Shown here: positions 59,110 to 64,000 of the stretch, piece by piece
Layout: each line of letters opens with the position of its first letter
How positions within the stretch are numbered: the stretch's first letter is position 1
IMG/VR virus record: IMGVR_UViG_3300029915_000005
Strand: one strand, 5' to 3'
Source of the DNA: a virus
DNA: 64,000 nt
Position numbers and translations under genes: made by a program
Notes under the pieces: generated by a model
The model's input: the letters and a program-made list of their open reading frames with translations, nothing else
The model's database searches: none
What the model was told of the DNA's origin: nothing

Positions 59110-59687
59110 TGAAAAGCAAAGAATTATTTGAATCTAAATCTACAAATGTTGTAGTCTGCGATGTTCAGCCAGAATATGATAAATGGTGTAATAGAATAGT
59201 TGCCCCTCTATGCAATTTTCTTAACAATCAAACTGGAAAAATATATGTATGGTTCAATGGACAAGGAATGTCCAGCGATGAGATGGGAGATGTAAAGAAC
59301 TATTATGAAGAGAATGGTTTGGACACTGAAGTAAATGATAGAATAATTTTTATTGAAAAAGAATATGGATTTTTAAGAAACTGGATTGATGGTGGAGTTC
59401 CAGATAGAATAATTATCAAAGTTATTAGAGCAATGGTCCAAAATAAAGTTGATTACAGTAGATTGCTTAATTTAAATAGTGTTTTAAATGATATAGAGCA
59501 AGAAGAATTAAATAATTGGGAAGATGACGGAATTTATTTCCCTTATTGGTTTGAAGTAAATGAAATCAGAAATATGTCTCCGTTTTATATTTGCGGCGGC
59601 GGAAAAGATGAATGTCTTAAAGAAATTGAATTAATATGCAATGCATTAAATATTAAATATAAACGAATTAATAATTTAGTTTATTGA
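59109..59687 (+). CDS. Isochorismatase/cysteine-hydrolase-like protein
   Basis: VVVCDVQPEY, EKEYG, CGGGKDECL (D-K-C triad); N-terminus MKSKELFES. Confidence 0.55.
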   Translation: MKSKELFESKSTNVVVCDVQPEYDKWCNRIVAPLCNFLNNQTGKIYVWFNGQGMSSDEMGDVKNYYEENGLDTEVNDRIIFIEKEYGFLRNWIDGGVPDRIIIKVIRAMVQNKVDYSRLLNLNSVLNDIEQEELNNWEDDGIYFPYWFEVNEIRNMSPFYICGGGKDECLKEIELICNALNIKYKRINNLVY

Positions 59688-59696
59688 AGGATTAAA

Positions 59697-60326
59697 ATGA
59701 TCATTGGTGTTTTGGGGTTAATAAATAGTGGCAAAACTACAATAAGTAGCATTTTGGAAAAGAATCATAACTTTAAACAATTATCATTTGCTGACTCGTT
59801 AAAAGAAGCAGTTTCGTCTATTTTTGGCTGGCCGTTAGAAATGATTCAAGGCAATACACCAGAAAGTAGATTATGGAGAGATGATGTTGATGAATGGTGG
59901 GCGAATAGACTACAGATTCCAGAATTAACTCCAAGATGGATTTTGCAGCAATGGGGTACTACAATAGGAAGAAATAGTTTTCATAATGATATATGGATTG
60001 CTTCGCTTCAGAGAAAATTGATTAATAATAAAGATAATATAGTTATCAATGATTGCAGATTTGCAAATGAAATAGAAGCAATACGAGAAAGCGGAAGTAA
60101 ATTCATTAAAGTCATTCGAGGTGATTCACCTGAATGGTTGAATACAGCAGTTGATGTTCTCAATAATCCAAAGACAAGCACTAATAATATGTCATTGTTA
60201 TATCCAACAGTTCATATTTCTGAATGGGGTTGGGCTAATCAAGAAGTGGATTTTATTATTGAAAATAATTCTGATTTTAAAGATTTGGAAATAAAAATAA
60301 ATGATTTGATTAATAGTTTGCAATGA
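59697..60326 (+). CDS. Deoxynucleoside monophosphate kinase
   Basis: GLINSGKTT, SFADSLKE, TPRWILQQWGT, DCRFANE, HISE. Confidence 0.9.
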   Translation: MIIGVLGLINSGKTTISSILEKNHNFKQLSFADSLKEAVSSIFGWPLEMIQGNTPESRLWRDDVDEWWANRLQIPELTPRWILQQWGTTIGRNSFHNDIWIASLQRKLINNKDNIVINDCRFANEIEAIRESGSKFIKVIRGDSPEWLNTAVDVLNNPKTSTNNMSLLYPTVHISEWGWANQEVDFIIENNSDFKDLEIKINDLINSLQ

Positions 60327-60431
60327 AATATGTTCTTCTAAAACAGGTATTTTAAAAGAAATAAGCTAAATATCTTCAGTGAGTATCATATGTTATCGAT
60401 ATTAATCAAGCTTAACAAGTGAGGAAATCAA

Positions 60432-63400
60432 ATGAGTACAAATTTAATATCTCCTGGAGTGAAAACTTCTATAGTAGATCAAAGTCAGTATTTGACTGCT
60501 CCAGCAGGATCAATTCCTTTTATTTTAATTGCAACTGAAGAAAATAAAATTAATCCAAGCGGAGTAGTTGCTCAATATACTACTTCAAATACTGCTGGTC
60601 AAGTATTTTTGGAAACTAGTCAACGCAGTTTAATAAATGACTTCGGCGCACCAGTATTTCAAACTATTCAAGGATCGCCAGTAAATGCAGATGAACAAAA
60701 TGAATATGGATTGCTCGCAGCATATTCTACTTTAGGAGTTTCAGATGCTGCATATATTATGAGAGCACCAATTGATTTAAATTCTCTATCTGGTTCTTTG
60801 GTTCCCCCTTCTTCTTCTCCTGCCAATGGAACTCTTTGGTTAGATACTACTGAAACTAATTGGGGAATTTTACAATACAATGCTGCATTACAAACATTTA
60901 TCCCAATTGCTACAACTAATGTATCAGGAAATGGAAAACTTTGGGTAATTACAAATACTGCTCAAACCAGTGATTTTGCTTTTAGTGTTCCATTGTCATC
61001 AATCGGAAAACCTGGTGATTATGCAGTAGTAACAACCAATGTTAATAATCCAGTTTGGTATAACAATTATGCTGGAGTTTGGGTAGAAGTTGGAACCGTT
61101 ACTTGGCAAGCAAGTATTCCAACAGCAATAGGAACAGTTGTTAATCCAACTGTCACTGGAAATCTTGTATTGAATAACACAAATGTTGTTATATCTTCAG
61201 CCAATGTTACTGTTGCTGCCGCAGATGTAAATTCAGCATTGATCACTGGGGTTGGCGCAATTGTAGTTGGTAATAGGCTTGGATTAACTGCCACTAGTTC
61301 GGCTGCTAATGGAGCAGTATTAGTGTCAGGCACAGCAGCAACACAAGTTGGAATAACTTCTGGAACATATTATGCTCCTGCGTTTCAAGCAAGTCCATAC
61401 ACACAAGTTCCACAATGGAATATCACTGATGCCACCCCAGAACCAACTGGAAGCGTATGGCTTAATACTACACCACAACAAAATGGAGCAAATATTTCAC
61501 TTCAACTTTACAACGCAACTAGTAATGTTTGGATAGTTGAACCAGTTTCCATCGGAGCAAATGATGCAGTAATAAATTATCAACTTGATCCTCTTGGTGG
61601 AGGAATTAATATTCCAGCAGGAACTTTTTACGCAGAAACTGGAATAAATTTTACAACAGTATTATTAGAAAGAAAGTCAGGAGTTACAGAAGTAACAGGA
61701 ACTAACGCAAACATTTCAGCATTGGCTTCTGGAGTTAATACAATTAATATTAGCACTAGTACACCAGGAAGTTCATTATTTTCTGGAAATGTTGCTATTT
61801 CATTTTCTGGACCAAGTACAGCTAATTTAGTATCTGCTATTAATAGCGCAGCAATTACTGGAATATCAGCAAGTTTAACTAACAATTTAGTTGAAATTCA
61901 AAATTCCAATGGAGGCACGTTCTTCTTATATGATGGTTCAAATGCTCCATTGGCAGCAGTCGGAATAGCATCAGGAAAAGTTAGCAATTGGTTTGCTCCA
62001 TCCTATGTTGTAAATCCTTTTGCACCAACTGCTGATCCTATAAATGGTACATTATGGTATTATGATGATCCAACGCAAGTTGATATTATGATTAATACTG
62101 GTGCTGCATGGGTTGGTTATCATACTCTTACTAATGATTCTCGCGGCGCAAATTTAGCATTAACAGATACAAATGGACCAATCATCAGTGCTTCTGTTCC
62201 AACAACTCAGAGTACAGGAAATGCAGTAGTAAATGGTGATTTATGGATTAACACTTCAAATCTAGATAATTTGCCAAGTATTTATAGATTGCAAGGAGCA
62301 ACTGGGCCAGGTGCAAATATTGGCGGAACTTGGACACAAATCAACAATACTGATCATACAAGCAGCAATGGTATAGTATTTGCAGATGCAAGATGGTCTA
62401 CAACAGGATTGGTTGATCCAGCATCAGAACCTTTTCCAGCAATCAGTACATTAGTAAATAGTAATTATCTGGATTCAGATGCACCTTCATTCTCATTATA
62501 TCCACGAGGAACATTATTATTCAATACTCGCAGAAGCGGAATGAATGTAAAATCATTCGCAACAAATTACTTAACTGGTTCGCCAGTAACTTCAACTTGG
62601 GTTACTGCAAGCGGAAATAATGAATTAGGAGTAGCATTTCAAGGAAGTTCAGCACAAAGAAATATGGTGGTTGAATCTCTTATTTCAGCAATTAGAAATA
62701 GTAATCAATTAATGGAAGAATTTTATAACTTCTCATTAATTTCTTGTCCAGGATATATAGAATTATTGTCAGTATTAGCAGAACTAAATGTGGATCGTGG
62801 GGAAACAGCATTTATCGTAAGTGATAGTCCATTAACATTACAAGCAAATGCAAATGTGTTAAACACATGGGCAAATAACTTGAATGGTGCTACAACAGAT
62901 GGTGTTGATGGATTGGTAACCTTCTATGATTATGCTGCAACATATTATTCTGCTGGATTAACTACTGATTTGAGCGGGAACAGCGTTGTTGTTCCAGCAA
63001 GTCATATGGCCATTCCAGCAATTATTCAAAGTGATGCAGTTTCATTTCCATGGTTTGCTCCTGCTGGCTCTAGAAGAGGATTAATTAATAATGCAACATC
63101 AGTTGGTTATGTTGATGGGACAACTGGTAACTTTATTGTTAACAGTGTTGGCAAAGCATTACGAGATGTTCTCTATCCTGCCGCAGTAAATCCAATTAGC
63201 AATATTCCAGGTTCTGGCATTGAACTTTATGGTCAAAAAACTCGTGCTGCATTAGTGGGAGGAGAACTAACTGAATTAAGCAGAATTAATGTTGCTAGAT
63301 TGGCAATTTATGTTCGCAGTCAACTAGCAATTATTGCAAATTCATTCTTATTTGAGCAAAATGATAGCATAACTCGCAAAACTATTGCTTTCCAGATAGG

Positions 63401-63611
63401 AGAATTCTTGACTAGCATTCAAGCAAATCGCGGAATTTCTGATTGGGCAGTTGTTTGCAATTCAACAAACAATACTCCTGCAACAATTGATGCGAATGAA
63501 CTACATGTTGATGTCGCAATCTCGCCTATTACAAGCGTGGAATTCATCTACATTCCAATAACTATCGTTGGTAGTGGAGTTATTACATCCAGTGGTGTAT
63601 CTGCTGCTTAA
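60432..63611 (+). CDS. gp18: Tail sheath protein gp18 (large, with insertion domains)
   Basis: LISPGV, FPWFAPAG.RRG, NPI, GQKT, RINVARL, FEQND, VEFIYIPI. Confidence 0.93.
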   Translation: MSTNLISPGVKTSIVDQSQYLTAPAGSIPFILIATEENKINPSGVVAQYTTSNTAGQVFLETSQRSLINDFGAPVFQTIQGSPVNADEQNEYGLLAAYSTLGVSDAAYIMRAPIDLNSLSGSLVPPSSSPANGTLWLDTTETNWGILQYNAALQTFIPIATTNVSGNGKLWVITNTAQTSDFAFSVPLSSIGKPGDYAVVTTNVNNPVWYNNYAGVWVEVGTVTWQASIPTAIGTVVNPTVTGNLVLNNTNVVISSANVTVAAADVNSALITGVGAIVVGNRLGLTATSSAANGAVLVSGTAATQVGITSGTYYAPAFQASPYTQVPQWNITDATPEPTGSVWLNTTPQQNGANISLQLYNATSNVWIVEPVSIGANDAVINYQLDPLGGGINIPAGTFYAETGINFTTVLLERKSGVTEVTGTNANISALASGVNTINISTSTPGSSLFSGNVAISFSGPSTANLVSAINSAAITGISASLTNNLVEIQNSNGGTFFLYDGSNAPLAAVGIASGKVSNWFAPSYVVNPFAPTADPINGTLWYYDDPTQVDIMINTGAAWVGYHTLTNDSRGANLALTDTNGPIISASVPTTQSTGNAVVNGDLWINTSNLDNLPSIYRLQGATGPGANIGGTWTQINNTDHTSSNGIVFADARWSTTGLVDPASEPFPAISTLVNSNYLDSDAPSFSLYPRGTLLFNTRRSGMNVKSFATNYLTGSPVTSTWVTASGNNELGVAFQGSSAQRNMVVESLISAIRNSNQLMEEFYNFSLISCPGYIELLSVLAELNVDRGETAFIVSDSPLTLQANANVLNTWANNLNGATTDGVDGLVTFYDYAATYYSAGLTTDLSGNSVVVPASHMAIPAIIQSDAVSFPWFAPAGSRRGLINNATSVGYVDGTTGNFIVNSVGKALRDVLYPAAVNPISNIPGSGIELYGQKTRAALVGGELTELSRINVARLAIYVRSQLAIIANSFLFEQNDSITRKTIAFQIGEFLTSIQANRGISDWAVVCNSTNNTPATIDANELHVDVAISPITSVEFIYIPITIVGSGVITSSGVSAA

Positions 63612-63626
63612 TTTAAAATAAAACAA

Positions 63627-63658
63627 AAAATGAGCCAGATTTATTCTGGCTCATTTTT
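63627..63658 (+). terminator. Terminator after sheath gene
   Basis: AAAATGAGCCAGA-tttat-TCTGGCTCATTTT. Confidence 0.75.
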
Positions 63659-63707
63659 ATGCTTATATGGTATAATTAAAGTTAATAGAGAGGTTGTTAA
63701 CATAAAT

Positions 63708-64000
63708 ATGGTGTATACAAAAGAATTAGCAATAAAAGAAATTAACAGACTTAAAAAAATTTTTACTAAACCAAGTGTTGAAGCAAAAAAAGACAAAGAT
63801 TTAGTTAATTGGATCAATAAAGAAATAGAGAAAAATTATCCCAATTTAAATGAATCATTATCTGCAAAAATGTGGTTGGTTCTGCATGAAGGATATAAAT
63901 TAATATGTCCTTATGGAAATAAAAGAAAATTTTGTAGACGAAGTAGAAATGAGCCACAATTTAATTGTGTTACTTCATGCCAATGTACTATTGAAAATAG
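63708..64000 (+). CDS. Partial homing endonuclease (paralog of 52823-53980)
   Basis: MVYTKELAIKEI..KDLVNWIN..SLSAK..ICPYGNK aligns with MNIYTRENAVGEI..ICSYGNK; runs off the window. Confidence 0.65.
   Translation, partial: MVYTKELAIKEINRLKKIFTKPSVEAKKDKDLVNWINKEIEKNYPNLNESLSAKMWLVLHEGYKLICPYGNKRKFCRRSRNEPQFNCVTSCQCTIEN

Noticed and set aside
1-64000. tRNA, rRNA or group I intron
   Set aside because: No cloverleaf with T-loop or intron core recognised by eye; a tRNAscan/Infernal run would be needed to exclude them fully

Overview
This window is a 64-kb AT-rich segment of a large T4-like myophage. The replication and DNA-modification block has DNA polymerase B, sliding clamp, RNase H/5'-exonuclease, dNMP kinase and 7-deazaguanine genes (dpdA-like, folE, queE). 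There is an early MoxR AAA/VWA pair. The head/neck/tail module has portal gp20 with an HNH intein, protease gp21, scaffold gp22, capsid gp23, gp13/14/15, sheath gp18, baseplate-hub-like genes and a tape-measure-like gene, interspersed with several homing-endonuclease genes. Four observations stand out. (1) A ~80-nt structured leader with covarying stems occurs three times, bracketed by inverted ATAAATA boxes, in front of three different nuclease genes; one of these genes is gutted to 42 aa while the leader stays intact. (2) About 20 unrelated proteins (kinases, ADP-ribosyltransferase-like, GNAT, 2H phosphoesterase, cysteine hydrolase) share an N-terminal M-x-(hydrophobic)-x-E-(hydrophobic) tag and gp21-type cleavage sites, including a 1153-aa mosaic polyprotein; together they look like a head-packaged effector arsenal with module shuffling and gene conversion. 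(3) A ~210-bp IS200/IS605 miniature retaining the tnpB 3' end/omegaRNA lies just behind the capsid gene. (4) 66-bp coding repeats with hypervariable codons have been copied between distant loci. All protein assignments come from motif recognition by eye; no database searches were run.
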